A stretch of 64,000 nucleotides of DNA from Candidatus Hydrothermarchaeum profundi (lineage in GTDB: Archaea; Hydrothermarchaeota; Hydrothermarchaeia; Hydrothermarchaeales; Hydrothermarchaeaceae). Positions 39,199 through 49,509 of the stretch are shown in pieces; positions within the stretch are counted from its first letter, which is position 1; each line of letters opens with the position of its first letter. Below the pieces are notes generated by a model. It searched no databases, was not told where the DNA came from, and worked only from the letters and a program-made list of their open reading frames with translations. The position numbers and the translations under genes are program-made. The DNA is taken from NCBI GenBank assembly GCA_002011125.2, contig MTMF02000009.1, positions 579,095 through 643,094 on the forward strand, given 5' to 3'.

Positions 39199-39818
39199 TC
39201 TTGAATGTTAAGGGGAAAAAGGCAATAGTATTTGGTGGTGGAAGAGTAGCTTCTAGGAGAACAGCTAAGCTTTTAGATGCTGGCGCAAAAGTTAAGGTGG
39301 TAGCTAAAACATTTTCTGAAAGCATTAGAAAAATGAGTAGCAAGAATCTTCAAATGGTGGAAGAAGATTTAAATAATATAAATATTAGCAATTTGATAAA
39401 GGAAGGAGACTTGATTTTTATTTCTACTAATGATAGAAATCTTAATGATAAAATAGAAAAAGAAGCGAGAAGACAGCGGAAGCTCGTAAATAGAGCTGAT
39501 GGAGTTAGTGATTTTGTGATCCCAGCAAGTCTAAAGGTTGGTGATGTTTTGATATCTATTTCTACTGAGGGTAAGAGCCCAGCCGTAGCTAAAGCCCTTA
39601 AAAAACGCATTAAGAAAACAATTACACAGGAAGATATTATGTTGGTAGAGTTGCAAGAATTTGCTAGGAGTATTCTTAAGAGAAAATTTAAAGACCAGCA
39701 ATTGAGAGAGAGTATACTACGGGAAATCATTAGCATGCCTGAAATATTAGAATACCTCAAAATCGGTGATACTGCAAAAGCTAAAAGATTAGTTTTAGAT
39801 CATTTGGAGGAGGCATAA
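39189..39818 (+). CDS. sirC: precorrin-2 dehydrogenase / sirohydrochlorin ferrochelatase
   Basis: GGGRVASRR, VNRAD...DFVIPA, ISTEGKSP; probable CTG start at 39189 (track start TTG 39201). Confidence 0.9.
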   Translation: MPVILNVKGKKAIVFGGGRVASRRTAKLLDAGAKVKVVAKTFSESIRKMSSKNLQMVEEDLNNINISNLIKEGDLIFISTNDRNLNDKIEKEARRQRKLVNRADGVSDFVIPASLKVGDVLISISTEGKSPAVAKALKKRIKKTITQEDIMLVELQEFARSILKRKFKDQQLRESILREIISMPEILEYLKIGDTAKAKRLVLDHLEEA

Positions 39819-41197
39819 TGCACACGGTAAATATGAGGGTTACTCATCATACAGCCGATATACCTACTCTAGAGCTCTTTGCATTTAAAGATGTCAAAAA
39901 AGCTTTGGAGGACCTAATTTCTTTACCTTCCATTAAAGAATGTGTGATCATCCAAACATGTAACCGAGTTGAGATTTTTGCCGCAGGAGATGATATCGAT
40001 GATGTTTGGCATGATTTAAGGGACTATGTAAGTAGAGATGTTATACTGAAAATGAAGGAGAAACTGGAAGTCTCCCATGGGCTACCTCCAGAAAGTATCG
40101 TAGAACATGTGAAAATGATGTCTAAGAAGTATCACGAAATAATTGAAACAGAATTTCATACATCTGCGTTAAGACATCTTCTAAGATTAACTTCTGGCAT
40201 TGAGTCGATGATAGTTGGTGAAGATCAAATACTAGGGCAGGTAAGAGAAGCATTTAATCTTGCAAAAGAAACCGGTACAGTAGGGCCTCATTTTGATAAC
40301 ATATTCACTAAGGCTATAAATGTTGGAAAATTGGTTAGGAATAGGACTCAAATAAATAGAGGAGCTGTATCAATAGGCAGCGCAGCGGTTGAATTAGCTG
40401 AATCGACGTTAGGAACCTTAGAAGGAAAGAGCGTGCTCCTTACGGGAGCGGGTAAAATGGGTAAACTTGTTACAAAGTCTTTAAAGGAAAAAAATCTGGC
40501 TAGGACGTATGTAGTTAATAGGACTTACGAAAGGGCAGTTAAAGTCGCTAAAGAATTGGGAGGAGAAGCGCTACCCTTCTCTGAATTAGAAAGAGGTATA
40601 AGAGAAGTAGACTTAGTTATAACAGCTACTTCTGCTCCCGGAGTACTCTTAACCAAAGAGATGGTATCCAACGCGTTAAAAGAAAGAAGAAAAAAAGGCA
40701 TCGTTATAATAGATGTTGCTATTCCAAGAGATGTTGATGAAGAAGTTGGAAAGCTGAGGGGTGTTAAGCTTTTTAACATCGATGGGCTTAGAGAAATTGC
40801 AACAAAAAATAGGATAAAAAGAGAAAAGGAAGTAATAAAAGTTGAAAAAATCATTGAAAAAGAACTATCCCTATTGATAAAGCAGGTTTACAGACTAGAC
40901 ATAGAAGATGTGGTTAAAGTGCTTTTTGAGAAAGCTGAAAAAATTCGTAGAAGGGAACTAGATAAGGCATTAAGAATGCTGGGGAATGGTATAGGTGAAA
41001 GAGAGAAAAAGATAGTTGATGATTTAACAAAGGTAATAATAAAAAGGACGATCTCTCCTATTGCAGATAATGTTAGGAGGGCAGCGGAGGTAGGGGACTC
41101 AGATGCTGTTGCATTTGCTCAAAAGTGGTTTGCAGAGGATGTTCATCATCACTACAGGAGGAAGCATGTTTCCGGTAAAAAGAATGAGAAGGCTTAG
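39818..41197 (+). CDS. hemA: glutamyl-tRNA reductase
   Basis: [36 protein letters not shown]. Confidence 0.96.
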   Translation: MHTVNMRVTHHTADIPTLELFAFKDVKKALEDLISLPSIKECVIIQTCNRVEIFAAGDDIDDVWHDLRDYVSRDVILKMKEKLEVSHGLPPESIVEHVKMMSKKYHEIIETEFHTSALRHLLRLTSGIESMIVGEDQILGQVREAFNLAKETGTVGPHFDNIFTKAINVGKLVRNRTQINRGAVSIGSAAVELAESTLGTLEGKSVLLTGAGKMGKLVTKSLKEKNLARTYVVNRTYERAVKVAKELGGEALPFSELERGIREVDLVITATSAPGVLLTKEMVSNALKERRKKGIVIIDVAIPRDVDEEVGKLRGVKLFNIDGLREIATKNRIKREKEVIKVEKIIEKELSLLIKQVYRLDIEDVVKVLFEKAEKIRRRELDKALRMLGNGIGEREKKIVDDLTKVIIKRTISPIADNVRRAAEVGDSDAVAFAQKWFAEDVHHHYRRKHVSGKKNEKA

Positions 41198-42137
41198 GAG
41201 AACAAGTAAGATTCGTGAAATGGTTAGAGAAACAAGTCTAACCAAGAATGATTTAATCTATCCTATTTTTATAGATGAAACAATTGACGAGAAAACCGAA
41301 ATAAAAGCTATGCCCGGCCAATATCGCCTTCCTTTACAAGAAGTTAGAGATGAAGCCCTAGAATTAGTTAGTTTGGGGATACCCGCAGTTATTTTATTTG
41401 GTATACCCAGAAAAAAAGATGCGTTAGGCTCAGAGGCATATAATTCTAATGGGATAATCCAAAAAGCCATCAAAGAAATAAAAGATGAAGTAGGGGATGA
41501 CCTAGTTTTAATCACTGATGTATGCCTCTGTGAATATACCGATCATGGGCACTGTGGTATAGTTAAAGGAGAAAAAGTCTTGAACGACCCTACTTTAGAT
41601 TTATTAGCTAAAATGGCTGTGACACATGCAGAAGCCGGAGCGGATATCGTAGCTCCGAGTGATATGATGGACGGCAGGGTTTCTGCGGTAAGAAATGCTT
41701 TAGATGATGCAGGGTTTACTGAAACTATTATAATGTCTTATGCCGCTAAATATGCTTCTGCTTTTTATGGACCTTTTAGAGAAGCAGCTTCTTCTACGCC
41801 TGCTTTCGGAGATAGAAAGTCCTACCAGATGGATTGTGGGAATTCGGATGAAGCCTTATTGGAAGTTAAAATGGACTTAGAAGAAGGAGCGGATATTGTG
41901 ATGGTGAAACCGGCTCTTTCCTACTTGGATATAATTTACAGAGTAAAAAATGAATTTAAAGTACCAGTTGCCGCCTATAATGTTAGCGGTGAATATTCTA
42001 TGATAAAAGCAGCATCTGAGGAAGGTTTTATTGATGAGAGAAAGATAGCTTTGGAGGTTCTCACTTCAATAAAGCGTGCTGGAGCAGATTTTATTCTCAC
42101 TTACTTTGCAAAGGATGCCTCTAGGTGGCTTGAGTAA
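41166..42137 (+). CDS. hemB: porphobilinogen synthase
   Basis: [34 protein letters not shown]; ATG at 41166. Confidence 0.97.
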   Translation: MFPVKRMRRLRRTSKIREMVRETSLTKNDLIYPIFIDETIDEKTEIKAMPGQYRLPLQEVRDEALELVSLGIPAVILFGIPRKKDALGSEAYNSNGIIQKAIKEIKDEVGDDLVLITDVCLCEYTDHGHCGIVKGEKVLNDPTLDLLAKMAVTHAEAGADIVAPSDMMDGRVSAVRNALDDAGFTETIIMSYAAKYASAFYGPFREAASSTPAFGDRKSYQMDCGNSDEALLEVKMDLEEGADIVMVKPALSYLDIIYRVKNEFKVPVAAYNVSGEYSMIKAASEEGFIDERKIALEVLTSIKRAGADFILTYFAKDASRWLE

Positions 42138-42162
42138 TATTCAAAGTTTTAAGGGAGTAGTT

Positions 42163-43425
42163 ATGAGGTCTAAGGAATTCTTCGAAGAAGCTAAAAAAGT
42201 CCTCGTGGGCGGTGTCAACTCTCCAGTTAGAGCTATGAAACCTTATCCTTTTTTTACCGGGAGAGGAGAAGGATGCCGTATTTTTGATGTTGACGGAAAA
42301 AGTTATATAGATTATTGCTTGGCGTATGGGCCTTTAATATTGGGACATGCGTATCCTAAGATAGTTAATGAGCTTAAGGAGCAGTTGAAAAAGGGTACCG
42401 TCTATGGTACTCCCACAGAGCTGGAGATAAGGTTTGCTGAAAAAATTGTTAAACTTGTTCCTAGTGCGGAGATGGTAAGGTTTGTAAACACGGGTACTGA
42501 AGCTACTATGGCCGCTATTAGACTTGCTAGGGGATATACTGGGAGAAGGAAGATAGTTAAATTCGAGGGAGCTTTTCATGGTGCACATGACTATGTCCTT
42601 GTTAAAGCGGGAAGTGGTGCAACGACTCATGGGGTGCCTGATTCTTATGGCATTCCAGAGGAGACTACAAGGAATACTATAGTAGTGCCCTTTAATAACC
42701 CGGATGCTATCGAGAAGATAGTTAAAGATAAAGATGTTGCAGCTATTATACTAGAGCCTATAATTGGGAATTCTGGATGTATCCTTCCTAAGGAGGGATA
42801 TCTAGAGTTTCTTAGAGAAGTCACCCAAGAAAATGGTATTCTGCTCATATTTGATGAAGTAATTACAGGTTTTAGGGTATCTTTAGGAGGCGCTCAGAAG
42901 TATTATAATGTGTTGCCTGACATTACTACACTAGGCAAAATTTTAGGGGGGGGATTACCTATTGGAGCAATAACTGCCAGTAGAGAAATCATGGAATATT
43001 TTTCTCCACTGGGTAAAGTATACCAGGCTGGAACATTTAATGGGAATCCTCTCTCTATGGTGGCAGGGTATACAGCTATTAGCGAGCTTGAAGATGGACA
43101 GGTTCATAAAAAATTGGAAAAACTAGGAAATAAAATGCGTGAGGGACTTGAAGAGATATGCGATGACCTTAGGATAGATGCAAGGATCTATGGGATAGCC
43201 TCAATGTTTCAAATTTACTTTACAGACAAGGATGTAGTTGATTATAGAACTGCTCTATCTGCTGACAAGGAATTATTTTTAGAGTTCCAAAGAAAGCTGC
43301 TTGAAAATGGCGTATTTTTCCCTCCTTCACAGTTTGAGTGTAATTTTATCTCCTATGCGCATAGGGATGAAGAAATAGAACAAACTTTAAGTGCTGTCAG
43401 TCAGGCGTTAAAAGAGTTAAAATGA
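42163..43425 (+). CDS. hemL: glutamate-1-semialdehyde 2,1-aminomutase
   Basis: GGVNSPVRA, GTEATM, FDEVITGFR, GKILGGG, QAGTFNGNP. Confidence 0.96.
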   Translation: MRSKEFFEEAKKVLVGGVNSPVRAMKPYPFFTGRGEGCRIFDVDGKSYIDYCLAYGPLILGHAYPKIVNELKEQLKKGTVYGTPTELEIRFAEKIVKLVPSAEMVRFVNTGTEATMAAIRLARGYTGRRKIVKFEGAFHGAHDYVLVKAGSGATTHGVPDSYGIPEETTRNTIVVPFNNPDAIEKIVKDKDVAAIILEPIIGNSGCILPKEGYLEFLREVTQENGILLIFDEVITGFRVSLGGAQKYYNVLPDITTLGKILGGGLPIGAITASREIMEYFSPLGKVYQAGTFNGNPLSMVAGYTAISELEDGQVHKKLEKLGNKMREGLEEICDDLRIDARIYGIASMFQIYFTDKDVVDYRTALSADKELFLEFQRKLLENGVFFPPSQFECNFISYAHRDEEIEQTLSAVSQALKELK

Positions 43426-44336
43426 AACTAATTATTGGTACTAGAGGAAGTAAGCTCGCACTTCGGCAAAGTGATCTTGTTGTATCTCTGTTAATAGAAA
43501 AATTCCCAGAGCTTACTTTTGAAAAAAAGATTATAAAAACAACTGGAGACAAGATTACTGATGCTCCTCTAGCAAGAATAGGGGGGAAAGGTCTTTTTGT
43601 TAAGGAGATTGATGAAGCGGTTGCTAAGGGAGAAGTTAGTTTTGCAGTTCACAGCATGAAAGACGTTCCTGTAGACCTTATAGATGGTTTGGAAATCGTC
43701 TGTGTACCGAGGAGAGAAGAAGTTAATGATGCTTTGATCTCTAAGAAGGGATTAAGGATAGATGAGTTGCCTAGCGGGTCTACTATAGGTACAAGTAGTT
43801 TGAGAAGGAAGGCCGAAGTCTTAAATTATAGGAAAGATCTTGTAGTAAAGGACCTGAGGGGAAATGTCGATACACGCATACGGAAATTAAAGGAAGGACA
43901 ATATGATGCCATCATAATGGCTAAAGCGGGATTGAAAAGAATGGGACTTGATAGGTATATTACGCAGGACTTACCTCTGAAGCATTTTTATCCTTCAATA
44001 GGGCAGGGTGCTATTGCGGTTGTAGCGAAAAAAGATTTTGGAGCTAAAGGATATTTGGAATCGATAAATCACAAAGAAAGCATGTTCGCAGTTATTGCTG
44101 AAAGAGCCTTATTAAAGGAACTGGGAGGAGGGTGCCAGGTTCCTATAGGTGCGGTTACGTGTGTTAACGCTAGGTTAGAACTTAATGCAGCTGTTTTTTC
44201 ACCTGATGGGAAAAAGAAAATTGAGGTAACGTTACTTGGTAAGTTGAAGGATGCCGAAGATATAGGCAAGAAGGCGGCTAGACTTCTTATCGAAAAAGGA
44301 GCAGATAATATTTTGAAACAAATATATAAGAAATGA
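43422..44336 (+). CDS. hemC: hydroxymethylbilane synthase
   Basis: GTRGSKLA, GKGLFVKE, VHSMKD, GTSSLRR, RGNVDTR, GGCQVP. Confidence 0.97.
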   Translation: MKLIIGTRGSKLALRQSDLVVSLLIEKFPELTFEKKIIKTTGDKITDAPLARIGGKGLFVKEIDEAVAKGEVSFAVHSMKDVPVDLIDGLEIVCVPRREEVNDALISKKGLRIDELPSGSTIGTSSLRRKAEVLNYRKDLVVKDLRGNVDTRIRKLKEGQYDAIIMAKAGLKRMGLDRYITQDLPLKHFYPSIGQGAIAVVAKKDFGAKGYLESINHKESMFAVIAERALLKELGGGCQVPIGAVTCVNARLELNAAVFSPDGKKKIEVTLLGKLKDAEDIGKKAARLLIEKGADNILKQIYKK

Positions 44337-44393
44337 TTTACATGTTAGAAAAAATTTATATCCAAGTTTTATTAAAGAAAAAGGTGATTAATA

Positions 44394-44771
44394 ATGGCTC
44401 TTTGGCAGGGAAGATCTACTAGGAAGATAACTGGAGGACGTCTTAGGCGACATAGAAAAAAGAGAAAAAGGGAGATGGGGCGAGAACAAATTGAAATAAA
44501 ATTAGGTGAATCTAAATCCAAAAAGATTAAAGCTCGAGGTAATAATTATAAGATAAGGTTGATTAATGCCGAATATGCAGAGATAGTGGATCCTAAAACT
44601 AAAAAAAGTGAAAAAGTTAAAATATTATCCGTAATCGAGAACACAGCAAACCCTCACTATGTAAGGAGGAATGTTATAACCAAAGGGGCGATAATTGAAA
44701 CCGAAAAAGGTAAAGCTAGAGTAACCTCTCGCCCTGGTCAAGAGGGAAGCGTAAGCGCCGTCCTACTTTAG
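44394..44771 (+). CDS. rps8e: 30S ribosomal protein S8e
   Basis: [27 protein letters not shown]. Confidence 0.97.
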   Translation: MALWQGRSTRKITGGRLRRHRKKRKREMGREQIEIKLGESKSKKIKARGNNYKIRLINAEYAEIVDPKTKKSEKVKILSVIENTANPHYVRRNVITKGAIIETEKGKARVTSRPGQEGSVSAVLL

Positions 44772-44786
44772 GAGGATAAATAAAAG

Positions 44787-46031
44787 GTGCCAGATTGGCT
44801 TATAATCTTTGAATTTGTGGTATTAGTAGTTTTGATATTGCTTTCAGGCGTTTTTTCAGGAGCTGAGATTGCTCTTTTCTCGCTTAATAAAATAAAAATC
44901 AAAAAATTAGCTGAAGATGGAAATAAGAACGCTATTTTAATAGAAGATCTTTTGAGCCGTCCGAATAGATTGCTTGCAACGATTTTAATTGGTAATAACT
45001 TGATCAATATATCAGCTGCCGCTATCGCGACCTCGCTTGCCATCAAATATATGGGTAGTAAAGGTATAGGTTTAGCCACCGGGCTAGTTACTTTATTTGT
45101 GTTAATCTTTGGGGAAATAACACCTAAAGGCATTGCAACCAAAAACGCTGAAAAAATATCGTTGTTTTTATCGAGACCAATATATATGCTTGTAAAAGTT
45201 TCTTATCCTTTGGTCAAACTATTAACTTTAATCACTCGTCCTTTGATTAATCTTTTTGGAGGAGAGTCTAAAAGCCCATTTATCACTGAGGGAGAAATAA
45301 AAATGTTAGTTGAGCTAGGTGAGAGGGAGGGAGTCATAGAGAAAGAAGAAAAAGAAATGATAAAAGGAATATTTGAGTTCGGTGAAACTACGGCAAAGGA
45401 AGTCATGGTTCCTCGAATAGATATGCGGTGCATTGAAGCAAATAAAACTATAAGTGATGCTATTAAACTTGTGTTAGAAACTGGGCATTCTCGTATCCCT
45501 GTTTATGAAGGAAGTATAGATAACATCATTGGAATACTATATACAAAAGACATATTCAATTATCTCGATAAAATGGAGCTTCAAGTTAAACACCTTGTAA
45601 GAACTGCTTACTTTGTTCCAGAATCTAAAAAATTAGATGAAATATTAAGGGAGATGCAGGATAAAAAAATCCAGATCGCGATAGTTGTTGATGAATATGG
45701 TGGTGTAGCAGGGTTATTAACATTAGAGGATGTTATTGAAGAAATTGTTGGAGAGATTTGGGAAGAGCATGAAGTGGTAGAAAAGCCTATTCAAGAGATT
45801 GATAGTAAATCTGCTATAGTGCTATCTACAGCAAGTATAGAAGATGTCAATGAAGCGCTTGGCCTTTATCTTCCAGAAGGAGAATTTGAAACAATAGGTG
45901 GACTTTTTTTTAACGCATTAGGTAAAGTTCCTGTAGTGGGCGACGTTGTGGAAATAAATGGAGTGAAACTAATAGTAGAAAAGATGAGAGGTAGGAGGAT
46001 TTTAAGTTTAAAAGTAATTAAAGAAGCATAA
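44787..46031 (+). CDS. CNNM/CorB (DUF21-CBS-CorC) Mg2+ transporter family
   Basis: FSGAEIA, ILIGNN, GEITPK, HSRIPVY, VDEYGG...EDVIEEIVGEI. Confidence 0.93.
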   Translation: MPDWLIIFEFVVLVVLILLSGVFSGAEIALFSLNKIKIKKLAEDGNKNAILIEDLLSRPNRLLATILIGNNLINISAAAIATSLAIKYMGSKGIGLATGLVTLFVLIFGEITPKGIATKNAEKISLFLSRPIYMLVKVSYPLVKLLTLITRPLINLFGGESKSPFITEGEIKMLVELGEREGVIEKEEKEMIKGIFEFGETTAKEVMVPRIDMRCIEANKTISDAIKLVLETGHSRIPVYEGSIDNIIGILYTKDIFNYLDKMELQVKHLVRTAYFVPESKKLDEILREMQDKKIQIAIVVDEYGGVAGLLTLEDVIEEIVGEIWEEHEVVEKPIQEIDSKSAIVLSTASIEDVNEALGLYLPEGEFETIGGLFFNALGKVPVVGDVVEINGVKLIVEKMRGRRILSLKVIKEA

Positions 46032-46032
46032 A

Positions 46033-46803
46033 GTGGAAAACTTTAAATCAGGAGGATTACGCTCTAATTTTAATATGAGGAAACTCCCTGACCCTCTTGT
46101 TCACACCATCATGGTGCTTGCATTTTTAATGATGTTTTTTAATGTTGTGTTTGTTGAGGATGAGAATATCTATAGGGGGGTAACGTTTCTTTTCCTTTTT
46201 ATATTCGGCTTTTTGATTTTTAATCAACTTTATGGAAAGATTGATGAAGGAAGAATTGGACCAAGAAAAAAAGTACTTTTGTATTCTGAACTCCTAGGAA
46301 AAAGTGTATTGATTAAATACACCCCTTTAAGCCACTACGAGCAAATTATATCTGAAATCGTTGAACATTTTGTAGAAAAGATTCCTATTTTAATAATATC
46401 CACTTTACCTAAATCTAATTTATATTTCGAAGCTTTTGAAAGAGAGATCAAGAAAGGAAAAGTTAAGCTGGTAGAAATCACGATAACTGGAACCCGCTCA
46501 GCAAATACAACTCCAATGAAACTCCCTATTTCGGAACTTGATTGGTTGAGAGAAGTTTATGCTGAGATACCTAAAGGGGGCATAATAATATTTGAACCCT
46601 TATCTGATACTATAATTAACCTAGGTTATTTGCCAAGTTATAAATTAGTGAGGCATTGGATTGAGATGTGTTCAGAAAAAAATCTGAGTTTTATAGCCTT
46701 ATTAAACTACACCTCACATCACAAGGAGACAATAAGTGCTTTCGAAGGGCTGTTTCTTACGGTTGCTCTTGTCGAAGACAAAAAATTGCTCAAAGTGAGA
46801 TAA
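46033..46803 (+). CDS. two-TM membrane protein with a DUF835-like degenerate KaiC/RecA-fold domain
   Basis: Two N-terminal TM helices; alpha/beta domain (SVLIKY, ILIIST, GIIIFEPLSD, FIALLN, AFEGLF) with no intact Walker A; start may be ATG 46075. Confidence 0.55.
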   Translation: MENFKSGGLRSNFNMRKLPDPLVHTIMVLAFLMMFFNVVFVEDENIYRGVTFLFLFIFGFLIFNQLYGKIDEGRIGPRKKVLLYSELLGKSVLIKYTPLSHYEQIISEIVEHFVEKIPILIISTLPKSNLYFEAFEREIKKGKVKLVEITITGTRSANTTPMKLPISELDWLREVYAEIPKGGIIIFEPLSDTIINLGYLPSYKLVRHWIEMCSEKNLSFIALLNYTSHHKETISAFEGLFLTVALVEDKKLLKVR

Positions 46804-47563
46804 GACTTTCGAGCGTTTCTTTACTTTTTACTGCAGAGGGTTCATTCTTAGATTCTATCATGATATATTCATATTTTTTAAAGTAGGGGATCAAGTTTTT
46901 AATATTCATTGTTCCTTTTCCGATTTCCATATGCATGTCACTTTTCCCATCATTATCATGAAGATGTAAGTGCCGTATCCGAGTATTTAGTTTTCTAAAA
47001 TATTCTATTACATCACCACATGTGTGGGCGTGGCCTACATCAAGCGTTAAAAAAAGCCGACCGTCTTCATTTAAAACGCTCTGGATCTCATCTAATGATG
47101 AAAACATCGATCCATAGAAGTTTGGAGAGTTTTCTACACAAAGCGTTAGGTTATAGTTTGAAGCATAATCTAGTATCGCCTTTAGGCTTTCTATTTGGGT
47201 CTCTCTTGCCTTATCAGGAAAAAACATGCCTAGAGGGGATATTCTGCCAGGATGTATGTTTATGAGAAGTGCATCCAGAACTCTCGAGATTTCAATAGCG
47301 TCATAAATCTGATTCAATGTTTCTTGTCTAATTTTTTCATTAAGGCTCGCGATATTCAAATCTGAAAAGGGAGCATGAATAAATATAGGCAAAGAATATG
47401 AACTTAACAAGTTTTTAAAATTTCTATAGTTGTTTCTATAATGTTTCCCTTCAAGTACAATTTCCCAAGCTTCAAAACCTATTTCATTAATTCTCCGTAG
47501 AGCGTTTTCTAAAGAATAATTAAAAAATGCAAGAGAAGAGGCTCCTATCTTCATAGTGAACAA
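46790..47563 (-). CDS. sugar phosphate isomerase/epimerase (AP endonuclease 2 TIM barrel)
   Basis: HAPFSDLNIAS, IHPG, CVEN, LDVGHA, HLHDNDG..D.H...G.G. Confidence 0.9.
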   Translation of the reverse strand: MFTMKIGASSLAFFNYSLENALRRINEIGFEAWEIVLEGKHYRNNYRNFKNLLSSYSLPIFIHAPFSDLNIASLNEKIRQETLNQIYDAIEISRVLDALLINIHPGRISPLGMFFPDKARETQIESLKAILDYASNYNLTLCVENSPNFYGSMFSSLDEIQSVLNEDGRLFLTLDVGHAHTCGDVIEYFRKLNTRIRHLHLHDNDGKSDMHMEIGKGTMNIKNLIPYFKKYEYIMIESKNEPSAVKSKETLESLISL

Positions 47564-47585
47564 TCAGACCCAAGATTAATAAAAA

Positions 47586-48575
47586 TTATGCATCAGCCAT
47601 GCTGTTTACTTTTCGAAAAATAAGTGCGGTTGCCTCTAGGGTTACTGATAATTCTGTGTCTGGCTTCCATAGAAGATTAGAGGAACACTTAGGACATTTA
47701 TAATCTAACTTAAAAATCTCTTCGAATGATAGTATATAATTATCTTTTTCGCAAATAAAATAGCCATCTTCAATCTCATTTACTAATTTCATAAGTTTTT
47801 CCGCATTTTTTTGGCAAATTTTCTTTAATAAAAATTTTATTCTTTCTCTATTTATTGAACACTTTATATTTTCTTGTTTTAAGGCTATATTGTCAGTATA
47901 CGGGATTTTAATAGAAATAAATCCTTTATCGTAGAGTGAATGTAATATCTCATTAGCCTTTTTAGGGTCCTTCCCAGTTTTTTGGATGAGTTCAGTATAT
48001 TTAATTTCTCGGTCAATAGCCTTCAATATTCTTTTTTCGTCCTCGCTTTCTACTAGTTCAACAATGTCAATAGTTCCCCCGTTTCGGTAGGCATTAAAGC
48101 AGTATTCTAAAAATTTCTTATTAATATTACATTTGGTGGAGATAGTGAAAATTATATCCCTAATTTTCTCTTCTTTCATGGTTTTTATACACATTTTTTT
48201 GCTATGAGCCCTTCTCTCCCTTAGCGGAGTATTTTCCCATTTCTTTAAACTTAAATTCTTAAAATAATCTTTTCCAAAAATTTCTTTCTTTTTTTTGGTC
48301 GCTTGGAGGTGATATTTTAGCTCTTTTTGTCCATCTACAAATACTTCGATATTGTCTTTTATACTTTCATAATCTATTTTAGTTTTTTTAAGAATTATAT
48401 CTAAACTTTTCTTTGGAATCCAATTTGATGTTTTACCTATCCTCCTAAATGTATGGAAAGGTACGCCGCAGTTGGAAGCCGCCATTTTGTGGCTTTTAAA
48501 ATTCTTTACATATCTTTCTTTTATTTCAAACCAAACATCACTATCTTTAAAGTATACCCAAACTTGGGTTGACAT
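47586..48575 (-). CDS. TFE-alpha/TFIIE-alpha-like protein with long N-terminal extension
   Basis: wHTH (RILKAIDREIKYTELIQKTGKDPKKANEILHSLYDKGFI), linker helix, zinc ribbon FICEKDNYILSFEEIFKLDYKCPKCSSNL. Confidence 0.6.
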   Translation of the reverse strand: MSTQVWVYFKDSDVWFEIKERYVKNFKSHKMAASNCGVPFHTFRRIGKTSNWIPKKSLDIILKKTKIDYESIKDNIEVFVDGQKELKYHLQATKKKKEIFGKDYFKNLSLKKWENTPLRERRAHSKKMCIKTMKEEKIRDIIFTISTKCNINKKFLEYCFNAYRNGGTIDIVELVESEDEKRILKAIDREIKYTELIQKTGKDPKKANEILHSLYDKGFISIKIPYTDNIALKQENIKCSINRERIKFLLKKICQKNAEKLMKLVNEIEDGYFICEKDNYILSFEEIFKLDYKCPKCSSNLLWKPDTELSVTLEATALIFRKVNSMADA

Positions 48576-48592
48576 TTTCTCAATTATAATTT

Positions 48593-48626
48593 AATTATGT
48601 GCATATACTTGTAAATTATGTGCATA
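48593..48626. promoter_or_regulatory. 13-bp direct repeat operator between divergent genes
   Basis: AATTATGTGCATA at 48593-48605 and 48614-48626, 21-bp period; core TATG-TG-CATA is itself an inverted repeat. Confidence 0.7.
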
Positions 48627-48639
48627 AAATTTTTATTCT

Positions 48640-49506
48640 ATGGAAAAATATAAGATATCTATGAAAAAAAAGAGGATTCACACTACACTTAGTGAAGAAG
48701 CGTATAGGATACTTCAAAAATTTGAAGGTGAGGCGGGAGGTAAAAATGCAGTATTGGAAAAAGCATTGCATAATTTAGATAAAACACGTTATAAAGCAAA
48801 AATATCTTTAAGAAGTTTCATATCTACTATCAGAAGGATTGAGAGCGGTACACCCGGATTTGATAACTTAATTGAAGGAGGTATCCCAGAAGGATCTGTA
48901 GTAGTTATTACAGGACCTCCAGGAACCGGAAAAACAACATTTTCTTTACAGTTCCTGAAAAGAGGAGCTGAACTAAAAGAAAAAGGGTTATATTTCTCAT
49001 TTGAAGAAGATGCCGAGCAACTAGTGCAACAGTGTTTTAGATTTGGATGGAACTTAAGCAAGTATGTTGAAGATGGTATAATAGAAATTTTCGGTTTTTC
49101 ATTATTAACTTCCGAAGAAATTGCAGATATTTTGGAGAGTTATAACCCAAAGCGCGTAGTTTTTGATTCTATAAATATTTTTTCAAACATGCAGGATTTC
49201 AGGAAAAGCTCCTCATGGAGGGCGGTTCTTAAAACTTTAAAGAAAAACAAGATTACTAGCTTTATGATAACTGAAAAGCAATATGGTTTAGAGGCCAAGA
49301 GATTCGATAATTTTGATTTTATGGGAGATGGCCTAGTCTTTATGGACAGAGTTGTAAGTGAAAAAGAGGATATCTTCTTAATTGCTGTAAAAAAGATGAG
49401 AGGTACTAAAATAGATGGAAGACCAAAACTTTTCAGGTTTAGTGAGAAGGGAATTGAAGTGAGTGACATATCCCCTATAGGTTTTACGATTTTCAAAGTC
49501 GGATGA
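48640..49506 (+). CDS. KaiC/RAD55-family ATPase with N-terminal RHH-like segment
   Basis: N-terminal KKRIHTTLSEEAYRIL; SGTPGFD, GPPGTGKT, SFEE, VFDS, KKMRG. Confidence 0.88.
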   Translation: MEKYKISMKKKRIHTTLSEEAYRILQKFEGEAGGKNAVLEKALHNLDKTRYKAKISLRSFISTIRRIESGTPGFDNLIEGGIPEGSVVVITGPPGTGKTTFSLQFLKRGAELKEKGLYFSFEEDAEQLVQQCFRFGWNLSKYVEDGIIEIFGFSLLTSEEIADILESYNPKRVVFDSINIFSNMQDFRKSSSWRAVLKTLKKNKITSFMITEKQYGLEAKRFDNFDFMGDGLVFMDRVVSEKEDIFLIAVKKMRGTKIDGRPKLFRFSEKGIEVSDISPIGFTIFKVG

Positions 49507-49509
49507 AAT

